Of a stretch of DNA of 64,000 bases, positions 37,401 through 47,900 are shown one piece after another; position 1 is the first letter of the stretch, and each line of letters starts with the position of its first letter. Made by a program: the position numbers and the translations under genes. This DNA comes from Antedon mediterranea (Eukaryota; Animalia; Echinodermata), in assembly GCF_964355755.1 (NCBI RefSeq), contig NC_092672.1, positions 14,136,001 to 14,200,000 of the forward strand. Direction: 5' to 3'. The notes under the pieces were generated by a model, which ran no database searches, was not told the DNA's origin, and saw nothing but the letters and a program-made list of their open reading frames with translations.

Positions 37401-38389
37401 CTCGTATTTTAGAATATGGCTACCCCGTACCCTTTTTCATACATTGCAACATACATAAACATTGATAATACTCACAATTGCATTGTCAACACAGATGCAA
37501 TTTTGAGGTCAATGGTTCGATTTTAACTAGATTGTGTAAAACAATTTTGTTTTTCTTTTAATTGCATTCCTTTGTATTTTTGGATGTTCAGGGTTATTCA
37601 ACATCTGAAACTGTTTATGCTGTACTGGACAAAGGAACCAATTACTGTGACTTGCACAACCTAATTACAGGTACATTAAATTATTACACCCACTCTCGTA
37701 ATTTTTTATATGGTTACAAATTTTCTTAATCATGAGAAATATACTTTTGAAACTGATCACAACTGAAGAAATTCAGCTCTCTCTTGCAAAACAAGCATTT
37801 AATGTTGTGTCTCTGACAATATTTCATAATATATGTGGATTAGTTTGGACTTGCCAAATGACAAATTATAAAGTGGGCTTGTACTAAAGTATTTAAACAT
37901 TTGGGAGGTCAATTTATTCTATAAGAGTTGTTTGGTTACTGCAACATGGAAAAATAGTGATAATGGGTATAAGCAGCTGGATATTGATGCCTCTTCTTCT
38001 GAATTTGATAGTGGTTTTTTTTTTTAAATCTACATAAAACGATTACTGTACATACAAACTCCTTTCATTGTGATGTAGTATACAAAACTAATGTATTTGT
38101 ATCTATAGATTGTACATACTGTGTACAGTGGTATTTATATTTATTAACATTTCTCTTGATTAAATATGTCTTTATAATATGCGAGAATTGGAATTCCTTC
38201 TTCCCCATAGGGCCTGTGCTTCCACGTCTTGGACGTCTTAAGTACCCTAACTTGCTCCTTTTCCAATTTCAATTGCCATGGTTTTCTTTCTATTTAGGTT
38301 CTGGACTTGACAAAGTACCAAAGTATACCGAAACAACAAATGACAATATCTGTACTCAGTATTCATCTGCCGATTGTGATGTCTACTAA
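34467..38389 (+). CDS. Uncharacterized secreted Cys-rich protein, 174 aa, 5 exons
   Basis: Exons 34467-34591, 36049-36160, 37192-37308, 37592-37670, 38298-38389; GT-AG, phases 2,0,0,1 consistent. Signal-peptide-like MTYFKVLTVVVVLLGIWQLSSDA, then LHASC..W...GEKCLYE...HTTP...YVDD..F...GYSTSE...LDKGTNYC.L.NL..GSGL...CTQYSSADCDVY*. Confidence 0.88.
34981..35200. mobile_element. Palindromic MITE in intron 1 of the secreted-protein gene
   Basis: Termini GGTCAGTCTGATT / AATTAGACTGACC; internal inverted CTAAATACC.AAAACAAATTTGTATAAT / ATTATACAAATTTGTTTTCGGTATTTAG; right terminus locally duplicated to 35213. Confidence 0.75.
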
Positions 38390-38696
38390 CATTATCATTT
38401 GACAGTGACAATCTGTAGTATTCAAATTACATCATTGTCACCAGCAGCACAAATTATCCAAATGTTTCAGTTATAAAATATGATATCAATACAATAACCA
38501 GTGCTGCTGAGGTTGTAGTGAGTTGGATTACTCAGATCTATGATTGCACACTCTGAATTGCATTGATGAGAATATCAAACTATTTTAATTCAATATAAAT
38601 TTTTAAAAAAAAAAGAACTTGGCACATAAAACTACATAGACTAGATACAAACTTCATTTTCCTAATCACTGAATGAATCCAATATATGTTAAAGAA

Positions 38697-38788
38697 GTGA
38701 CTTTTATTGATGACTTGTATTGCACTGTATAAAGTCAAAGTGGTGACTTTTATTGATGACTTGTATTGCACTGTATAAAGTCAAAGTG
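38697..38788. repeat. 46-bp tandem duplication in probable 3' UTR
   Basis: GTGACTTTTATTGATGACTTGTATTGCACTGTATAAAGTCAAAGTG twice. Confidence 0.9.
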
Positions 38789-39174
38789 AATTTATATTCT
38801 ATTTAGTACTAATGTTTTTTTAATGTAATTTCTGTTGGTAAATGTTTCATAATCATTTTTATATTTTTTCAAGAACATTTTGAGCAATAAATGAATTAAA
38901 TCATTTAATAGATTTGTTGAAATCAAAGCAATAAAACTATTGTGCAAATCATATTCCGTGTTTTTAATATTTCTTTGTCTTTCTATGAATTCATAACAGA
39001 ATGCATTTAATATTAACAAATGTATCATTGCTATATAATATCTACTCTACAGTACATACATTTTTTGCATACTGCTGATTATTACAAATTACGATGTAAA
39101 TATGATTTTTTTTATTGAACTATGTATCATGAAGGTAGCCCATCCAGCAAAGCTGATCATTGGGCCAAAGTTGG

Positions 39175-39327
39175 GAAAGTAGAGTAGCAGTAGATTGCAG
39201 AGGAGCAGTCTAGTGAACCAGTTGAAAGTAGAGTAGCAGTAGATTGCAGAGGAGCAGTCTAGTGAACCAGTTGAAAGTAGAGTAGCAGTAGATTGCAGAG
39301 GAGCAGTCTAGTGAACCAGTTGAAAGT
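39175..39327. repeat. 49-bp tandem repeat, 3 copies
   Basis: Unit GAAAGTAGAGTAGCAGTAGATTGCAGAGGAGCAGTCTAGTGAACCAGTT. Confidence 0.95.
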
Positions 39328-39762
39328 TATGCCTAACTTTCTAAGGTTATTTGGTTACAATACATTTTTATCCAAATACTGTACTTATTATTTCAAATTA
39401 CAGTATTTGTTTTACCTTTTATACAATGAACAAACATAAGTTAAGTGTTTAAAGGTTATGACCATTTCCTAAATCTAAAAAAAAAATAGGTTGCGAAAGT
39501 TAATTCAGCAACTATTAGAAAAAAATGGGGAGGTGTATGGTATTTAGAGACTATATTATACAGTAAAAAATCCCAAAATACACCATTTTCCATTTCGGTC
39601 TTTTTTTTTAATTTTTATTTTTTTATTTCTTTTGAGGAGGGTGATCCATCCAGCAATTGCTGATCATTAGGGACCCTCAGAGGTTTACAAGACAAAACAT
39701 AAAAAAAGTCTTATTACAAGTCTTTGGGAGTGGAGTTGTAATTTTGTCCTTAGAAAAAATCC

Positions 39763-39832
39763 TGACATGTGACGGGACTTGAACCCAGGACCCTTGGAGT
39801 GGTAGCCAAGCATCATAACTACCAAGCCATTA
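39763..39832 (-). pseudogene. tRNA-derived SINE head or tRNA pseudogene
   Basis: Minus strand TGGCTTGGTAG (A-box-like)...GGGTCCTGGGTTCAAGTCCCG (B box); no convincing acceptor stem. Confidence 0.55.
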
Positions 39833-40039
39833 ATTACCGCCTTACATTCATCTACATCTAATTAACCGATAAAGTTTGTGTGGAAACAGGGTTTAACCGG
39901 ATTCAAGTTGCCAAACTGGAGTGGGGAATGGATGCGATTAGCACTATGAGTAAGACCAAAACAGCTCCTTATTTGATTTTATTTTATTTTGAAGTTTTTA
40001 TCTATTGAACTTGCTGACTGCAGCAGTAGAAGGTTCAAG

Positions 40040-40335
40040 TCTTTTGTAGATTAAAGAAAACCTTCGACATAGTTTGGCATGAGGCACTATGGGCAACAAT
40101 GAACAAATGTAACAAGAGACAGAAGTGGATCCACACCGTCAAGCAGTTATGCCAAGGTCACCAACATGTGGTTCAGGAATATGTTAGCGAATGGTTTCAT
40201 ACATCAGTCTACCTCAAGGCTGTCTACATTCGCCTACATTCTTTAATATCTTCTTCGAATGCATCATGAACGAAGTTTTTGCAAAACACCATTTTCTGAG
40301 GGAATGTCAGTTCCGTTTTTGCAGATAACAGCATA
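40040..40335 (+). mobile_element. Decayed RTE-clade LINE reverse transcriptase fragment
   Basis: Frameshifted FVD..K.FD.VWHEALWATM, EWF.T, QGCL.SPTFFNIF.E.IM, RFAD. Confidence 0.7.
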
Positions 40336-40803
40336 GTAAATGGAATTTTGACTATGGTGAAAGTTACCTTAATTCTTTGAAAATAAGGCCAAATGCAGCA
40401 CTTGTGGTCATTTGTTGGACAAAATGTTCCAATACAATTTGGAAGAAAAAATTAACTCTCTACAACTCGCGGTTAGCGGTCTATGAGTAGGGCCTATACC
40501 TTATATTTTAACCATTAATTTGCATATTTCAGCTAATTTGCATGTTCCACAGGTGTGACCGAGGTATGATTTGTGGAATTCCATCCCCTCATCATATGTG
40601 AAAGTATATGGAATAAAATGAAGTTTCTATCTATATTAGTTATGAAGATACGTAAATCCTGTGGAAATTACCTAAATCCTTTAAAAAATAAGGTCAGTGG
40701 TCAAATACAGCATTTCCATTCCATAAGAAGGAATATAAACATGTATATTCTGAACAATTAAAAAAAAATCAACTCTCACAACTAGCGGTTGGCGTTCTAT
40801 GGG

Positions 40804-42635
40804 TCTCTCTCTCTCTCTCTCTCAGTAGCGTATCATGAGATCATGTTGTGCCACAATTCTCTGTCTATTGCCATGTTCAGCAACTCCACTTCTTTGGTAT
40901 TCTCACCTATTCCGAATCCATTCAGCTATGCTGGCCAACCAAGTGACTCTTTTTCTTCCCCTGCTCCTTCTTCCTTCTATTTTTTTTTTCAGTTATTGCC
41001 AAGTTCTCCAGACCTCCCTTCCTCAACACATGTCCCATGAATCTCATCTGTCTAATCCTAATATCCTTCAGTAGTTTCCTGCACATTCCAACTCTTATCA
41101 ACACATCTTCATTACTAACTCTATCTGTCGAATTCTCCTTAGAAGCTCCATCCTCATATACCTTATTAATCACTTCCGTTAACTTTTCCACTCCATAATC
41201 TTCTAATGCCTCAATCATCTCAATGACTACACCATCCGGTCCTGCCGCCTTATTCTTTCTCAACATCTTGATTGCTGTTCGTACTTCTGCTTTCAAGATC
41301 TTTGGTCCTTCTTCTGAGTCAGGAAAACTTGGCAATTGCTTGTCTAACATAAAAAAACAGCTCCCCGATATACTCTGTCCATCTTTTAAAAATAGCACTC
41401 TTTTCAACAAGCATCGTTCCATCCTTTGCCTTAATGCATCCAGAGTTTGAGCAGCCAGACTTCCTTCCAGTAGTCTCATTAAGTCTCTGATAAATCTTGT
41501 GGTTGTTGTTCTCTAGTCCACTCTCAATCTCAACACACTCTTCTTTTGCCACCCTGCACTTAATTTTTCTATCTAGATCTTTATATTGTTTACTTGATCT
41601 ACTACTAATCTTCTGTCTATCCCTCATCATTGATAGTATCTCTTCCGACACCCATTTGTTCTTCCTTCTTCTCTCTTTCTTGGGTAAGGATTCTTGGGCT
41701 CTTGGTCTCAACAAGGATGTCTCTCATTGCATCCCACGTAATCTCTTCACCTTCATCTACAAGGATGTGAAACTTGTTCTTCAATTGAATGGAATATTCC
41801 AAACGGATCTCCAGACTGTTTAGCTGCTCAAAGTCTAATTTCTGTACATTTTTGGCTTTCTTCACCTTTTTTAACTTTGATTGAAGTGTGCAAACAACTG
41901 AAATATGGTCACTTCCACAATCTGCCCCTGGTTATGTTTTTGCATGAGTCACTGCCCTTTTAGACCTACTGTTTATTGCAATGTATAGGCTAGTCAATCT
42001 GATTCCTCGTCACATCACCAGGGCTCTTCCATGTGTATATTCGTCTGGGATGCTCTTTGAACCATGTATTTGTATGGTCATATCCTTAGCTTTACACCAG
42101 TTAACCCATCTATCACCACGCTCATTTCTTTCGCCTATCCCATGCTCTCCAACTGTGTTTCCATCCTGTCCATGGCCAACCTTTGCATTATTCAGATCAC
42201 CCATGATGATGTTTATCTCATCTGATTGCATTGGGATTTGGCCTTGTCTAAGGTCGCATATCTCTATCTGTGCTGCTGTAGGTGCATAAACCACTATGAT
42301 AGAGATATTGAAGGGTTTTCCCTGCAGTTTGACCAGCATAACTCTCTCACTCACAGCCCAATAGCCCAGCATACATTTAGCCATATCACCATCCAAAGGC
42401 ACCCATACACCCTTTTCATGCTTGTCTCCTCCTCCAGCATAAATCATCTTGTAATTATCAATCATAAATTCCCCATTATTTGTCCAACGAGTTTCATTTA
42501 TCCATAATGTTTGAGCATGTTATAGCTCCATGGTTTGAGTATTGAGGAGTCTCATCATTTCCTGCTTAACAGTTTCAAGTTTGCCATCTTGATACAAAGT
42601 CCTCACATTCGTTCCTAGTCTGATTGTACTTCTAT
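40804..42635 (-). mobile_element. Degenerate, internally deleted RTE-clade LINE (APE endonuclease plus partial RT, (GA)n tail)
   Basis: ORF pieces 42010..42465 (SERVMLVKL..KPFNISIIVVYAPT, IIMGDLN.KVG, GERNERG), 41319..41714, and 40922..41479 (KAAGPDG..E jumping directly to the C-terminal DRVSNEDVL..GHVLR); (CT)n at 40804-40823. Confidence 0.88.
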
Positions 42636-44024
42636 TGCGGTACCGTATATTTTTACCTAAATTTGCATATTTCAGCTAATTTGCATATGTTCCCAAGGTG
42701 TGAACGAGGTAGCCTACTGTGATTTGTGGAATTTCATCTCCACACATCGTGTGTGTTTAATTTTAAAAACAAAAGTGTTGTTTGCAATTTGTTTGACTTT
42801 AAATTCTAGATTGCCTAGACTATTATCTAACATATAGAAAAATACTGTATATAGCGGCCATTTTCGTTTTATGGACATTAACCTAATTTCTTCAACTACA
42901 TTTTTTCTCCATTTTAAAATAATGTATATGGCTCTGATATAAACAGAGGGTGGGGCGCCCTCACTGTTCGCCAAACGTATTTATTTCTATTTTTTTATGT
43001 TGCGTACGTGTGACGTATGTTATTATCAAAGAACTTATATAAGTCAATTGCATGTTGCTGCAGACTGTCCGCCATGCGGTATGTCTACTAGAGGGAGTTT
43101 GTGTCCGCCAACCGGTACCTTGTGAAATTGCCCGACGATTCCATTTTACAGTGGGTAATTACTGTAACTAGTACAATTGCCCGGCGATTCCATTTTACAG
43201 TGGGTAATTATTGTATCTACAGTGTGGTAGACCGTCAATTACTCGTATTGTTATTACTTATACTGGTATTTGATATACTGTGTGTAGTTTTTTGTTCTTT
43301 TTAATTAATAAATGACCTTTTAAAATTGTCTATTGTGATTTTTTAAAACATTGACGAATTAGAAAATATTGGCAACAGAGGGCGCTATTTTTACATTTAT
43401 AACAGAGCCATAATGAAGCTAACAGAGTACACCCCCTATTGAATTACAACAATAATACGTTGCATGCTCCTACGAATTTTACGCATGTTTTGGGGGATAC
43501 AGATACCCTTCCAGTATCTATATACACCAAGGGATACAATATATCACGGTCGACTGTATAGAAAAGGTACCCCCGTGACAGATTGAACACCCTATAACAG
43601 TTTAATAACTATCTATTTGTGTGCAATTATTACGGTCGACTGTCTACTAGGTACCCCCGTGACAGATTGTACCCCTATAATAATAGTTAATAACTATCTA
43701 TTATAGGGGGTGCATATTACGGACCGTCTAGAATATTAGGTACCCCTGTGACAGATTGCACTCTCTATATTATAACAGTTAATACTATCTAATATGCAGT
43801 TTGTCCACCAGTGGAAGTTTTTGACTTTTTTAACGAAATAATTTGTCTAGGTGTGATCGTGTATTTGGATGGGGAGGGGGTGGGGGAGTTCATGTTTGGT
43901 CGATAATATGTTGAACGGAGGGGGTAGGAGGGGGTATGGTGTGCATGGATATGCCTACATCGTGTGTAACTGTAACAGTGTCCGCCAGAGAGAGCTTTTA
44001 AGTGCATCTTTATATTAATTTATA

Positions 44025-44850
44025 TGTTACCCCTGGTCAATGAGTACAGGGATGTTTTCCGTCGTTGAGAGATCTAAGAATAGTAATACACAATAAATGA
44101 TGACAAGGATTTTATAGATGTTACACTCATATGTGGCAAATCTTTAATGGACCTCTTATCATCAAACATAGTAAGCTTAAAACTACAGTACATCTGCTAC
44201 TGTATTTCATAACTCTAAAAATACTAACGATGAAGCATTATCTCTCAACTAAGGTCGTGTTAAATAAGTAATAAACCTGTAACACTTTTTCACCTTCCTA
44301 TTATACCAAGGTGAACATCAATACAGTATAAATAATACATGACTTGTACTTGTGTCTATACCAAATATAACTCTCAAAGTCACTATGATCAAGTTATACT
44401 TCATACGTAACCTATAAAATAACACAATGATACTCTTATCTTAGTTGTCATAGTAACCATGCTGAATCCAAGGACGTTCCCTCCTGGAAAGAATGTTAAC
44501 CTTGGCTTACCCTCTCATTATACGGTGTAGAACCGCAACTGTAACCATATTGTATGAACAACATATCTATCCTAAGGGTAATATCTATCATCCTGAACAA
44601 TAACTACATTATGGAAATTATCTCTATAATACAAAATAATACAGAGAATAATATATTACTTTATAGTAATTGACACAATGAAACTTTACGTACCTAAGAA
44701 TAGTAATACACAATAAATGATGACAAGGATTTTATAGATGTTACACTCATATGTGGCAAATCTTTAATGACCTCATGCCACCTATGCCCACCCTGTCACC
44801 TTGTGTACTTGGACTATTCCAAATTAGTCCGGGGGTTTATGGGCGTCACA
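44025..44850 (-). repeat. 3' LTR of the Gypsy element
   Basis: Direct repeat of 49989-50814; adjacent to the polypurine tract (minus-strand GGGGGAGGG). Confidence 0.95.
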
Positions 44851-44985
44851 CCCTCCCCCACTAAAAAAAATGACGTAACGGCATTTCAAACTTAATCTAC
44901 GAATATGTACATAATGAGAAAGGAAAACACGTTTGAAGAACGAAAAAAATATTATATAATACATCACGGCCATATCATCGGTAAA

Positions 44986-47900
44986 CTAACTGCCGAACAA
45001 CCGACACGACTGGGGTATAAATAGATACGATATAAAATTCAGTTTCCGCTGCTTTTCGCTTGTTCTGTCGATGCTTTCTGTTATCTTCATACAAGATGGG
45101 TCAGGCGTTCCCATGGTGCTGTAAGTCAGTGTTTGAGGTGGACGCCTATTTCGGATTGGCCGGTCTTCTGCTTCCTCTACTACACTACCAGTATTGGAAA
45201 TTCTGTTCTCATTTTCCTGTAGTTGATCAACTAATTCATCCTCATTCGACCTGTCATCAGCGAAACATTGCTGTTCATCCATGTTTGGTGCCAGATCCTG
45301 AATTTGCGGTACGTCAGTTTCATCGACAAACTGTAGTCGGGGTGGTATAAATGCAGTTGCATTCGGATCTAAAATCGCTGATGTATCACTTGAAGAATCT
45401 GTTTCATTTACCCTGTTATCCAATGTCGGTTCAATTTGGCCTACACTATCCCATCTATCCTCGTCATCGCCATCTGTCAGCTCGCTATCTGTCATAGTGT
45501 GTTGTGCATTCTGTGTCTTCGGCATGCATTTCATTTTGGTTGATGTTGGTTTAGGTTGTAGTCGCTCTTCTGACGGTAAAGAATCACAAGGTAGAAGATG
45601 ATTTCGGTGTAGTGTACGAGTCCGGCCAACTCCACATTCGGGTTTTACGATATATACTGGTAAATCCCCTTGCTGTCGTACTACCTTAAAGATATCATTT
45701 TCCCAATAATTTTGCAACTTTCCAGGACCACCTGGTTGTGCCAGTTTCCTTACTAATACGCGATCTCCTGGGTGTAAAGTAATGGCGTGGGCTTTCCGAT
45801 TGTACCGTTGCTTGCTGTTCTCACTTGTTATTCCTGCCCGTTCTCTGACAATCTGGTATGCTTCCTTCATCTGCCGTTTCCATGCTTGCACATACTGTGG
45901 AGTAGTTTTCTCTGGACCCGATCGCGACAAGTTGAAAAGTATATCAACAGGTAATCTTGGCTGTCTTCCGAATAAAAGAAAATGAGGAGAGAAACCCGTC
46001 GTGTCATGCTTGGTTGCATTATAAGCATGTACAAGTTTGGTCAAATGGTTCTTCCAATCCGGTTTCTGGTCATCCTCCAGTGTTCTGAGCATGGAGAGTA
46101 ACGTTCTGTTAAACCGCTCCACTTGCCCATTTCCCTGTGGATGATATGGTGTTGTTCTGGAATGTTCCACACCTGAATATTTCTGGAGGTAGTAAAACAA
46201 ACTATTCTCAAATTCCCGTCCTTGGTCATGATGTAGGCGTTTAGGAAACCCAAACTTTAAACAAAAATCATTAAATATTTTGTCGGCTGCGGTTTTTCCA
46301 GACTTATTTGTAGTTGGGTAGGCCACTGCGAATCTGGTAAAGTGGTCCATAACCACTAGGATATACTCATACCCGCCCTTACTACGCTCTAGGTGAAGGA
46401 AGTCAATAGAGACCAGCTCAAATGGTTCAGTTGTACTTATTGGTCTTAATGGAGCTTTGTCATTTCTCACCGGCTTCTTCTTCTTAATACAGGAGCAACG
46501 CTTGGTGATGTAGTCCTCAATGTCTTTTTGCATTTTTGGCCAATAAAATCTGTCCCGTGCCATTTGAAGTACTCTCTCTACGCCCAAATGACCCATGTTG
46601 TCATGCAGCTCCGTTAGCACTCTAGAAATTAGTTGTTGCGGTAGAACTAGCTGTGACCGATCCGATGTTTCTCGTCGAAGATTTCCGTTGTCATCTAGTC
46701 TCAACTTTTTCCACTGTCGTAGTAATAGGTTGGTTTTAAGTGATAACTTCGTTCTTTCATTTTTAGTTGGCGGTCGGTTTCTTTCGACAAATGGTATTAC
46801 CGCTAAAATTGTATCATCCATACGCTGTTCTTGGAGGATATCTGCGGGGCAAAATATCGAGGAATGTTTGGTCACAGGTGTTACTGGTTCATTATCGGTT
46901 GGGTTTGCTGAAACTCCAGAAAGTAGCGTCACTTGGCCGGATTGCAGTGCAAACACTCCGTTTGACATAGCTTTGATAGTATCCGTTGATATACATGAAA
47001 TACATTCTTTGATGTAGCGGTCGATATCAAGAGGTATCCTCGACAGAACGTCAGCATCAATATTAGATTTACCCGGCCTGTATTTAATGTCAAAGTGAAA
47101 ATCGGCAAGTTCTGCCACCCATCGATGACCTGTGGCATTCAGTTTCGCCGATGTCAGAACGTAGGTCAGCGGGTTGTTGTCTGTATAAACCGTGAATGAC
47201 GGTGCATGGTACAAGTAGTCACGGAAATGTTCAGTCACTGCCCATTTCAAAGCCAAAAATTCTAGTTTACCGGAGTGTAAGTGGTAATTCTTCTCTGAGG
47301 GACTTAGAGATCGGGAACCATACCCAATAACTCGCATTTTTCCGTTTTGCCTTTGATAAAGTACTGCTCCAAGACCATCCATCGAGGCATCTGTATGTAA
47401 CACAAATGGTGAACAAAAATCTGGATAAGCTAATATGGGTTCACTCACTAATTCATCGATGAATTTATCCAATATGCTTTGGTGATTTCTTGTCCATTCA
47501 ATAGGGGTTTTTGATGATGTTTGACCTTTTATCTTCTTTGACGATGTTTGTGACGTGGGTAAATCTTTCTTCAGAAGGTCAAAAATGGGTTTCGCCCTTT
47601 TTGAGAAATCTTTTATATAACGTCGGTAGTAACCAATCAGTCCCAGTACTTTCCTCACATCGCCAACTGTCCTTTGTGTCTTTTGTTTTAATGACGTCAT
47701 GGCAACAATGTCTTTGGTGTCTGGTCGATACCCCTCTGCGGATACTACCTTCCCTAGGTACCGCACTTCTTTCCGAAAGAGGCTACACTTTTCAGGTTTG
47801 ACTTTTACACCGTGCTGTCGGAATCGTTGCAGAACTTTTCGAATGTTCTCCACTTGTTCATGAAAATTTTGACTGTAGATCAGGACATCATCCAAGTACA

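Noticed and set aside
39763-39832. Functional tRNA gene
   Set aside because: A and B boxes are present but the acceptor and D stems do not pair; treated as a SINE head or pseudogene, as is 60730-60802.
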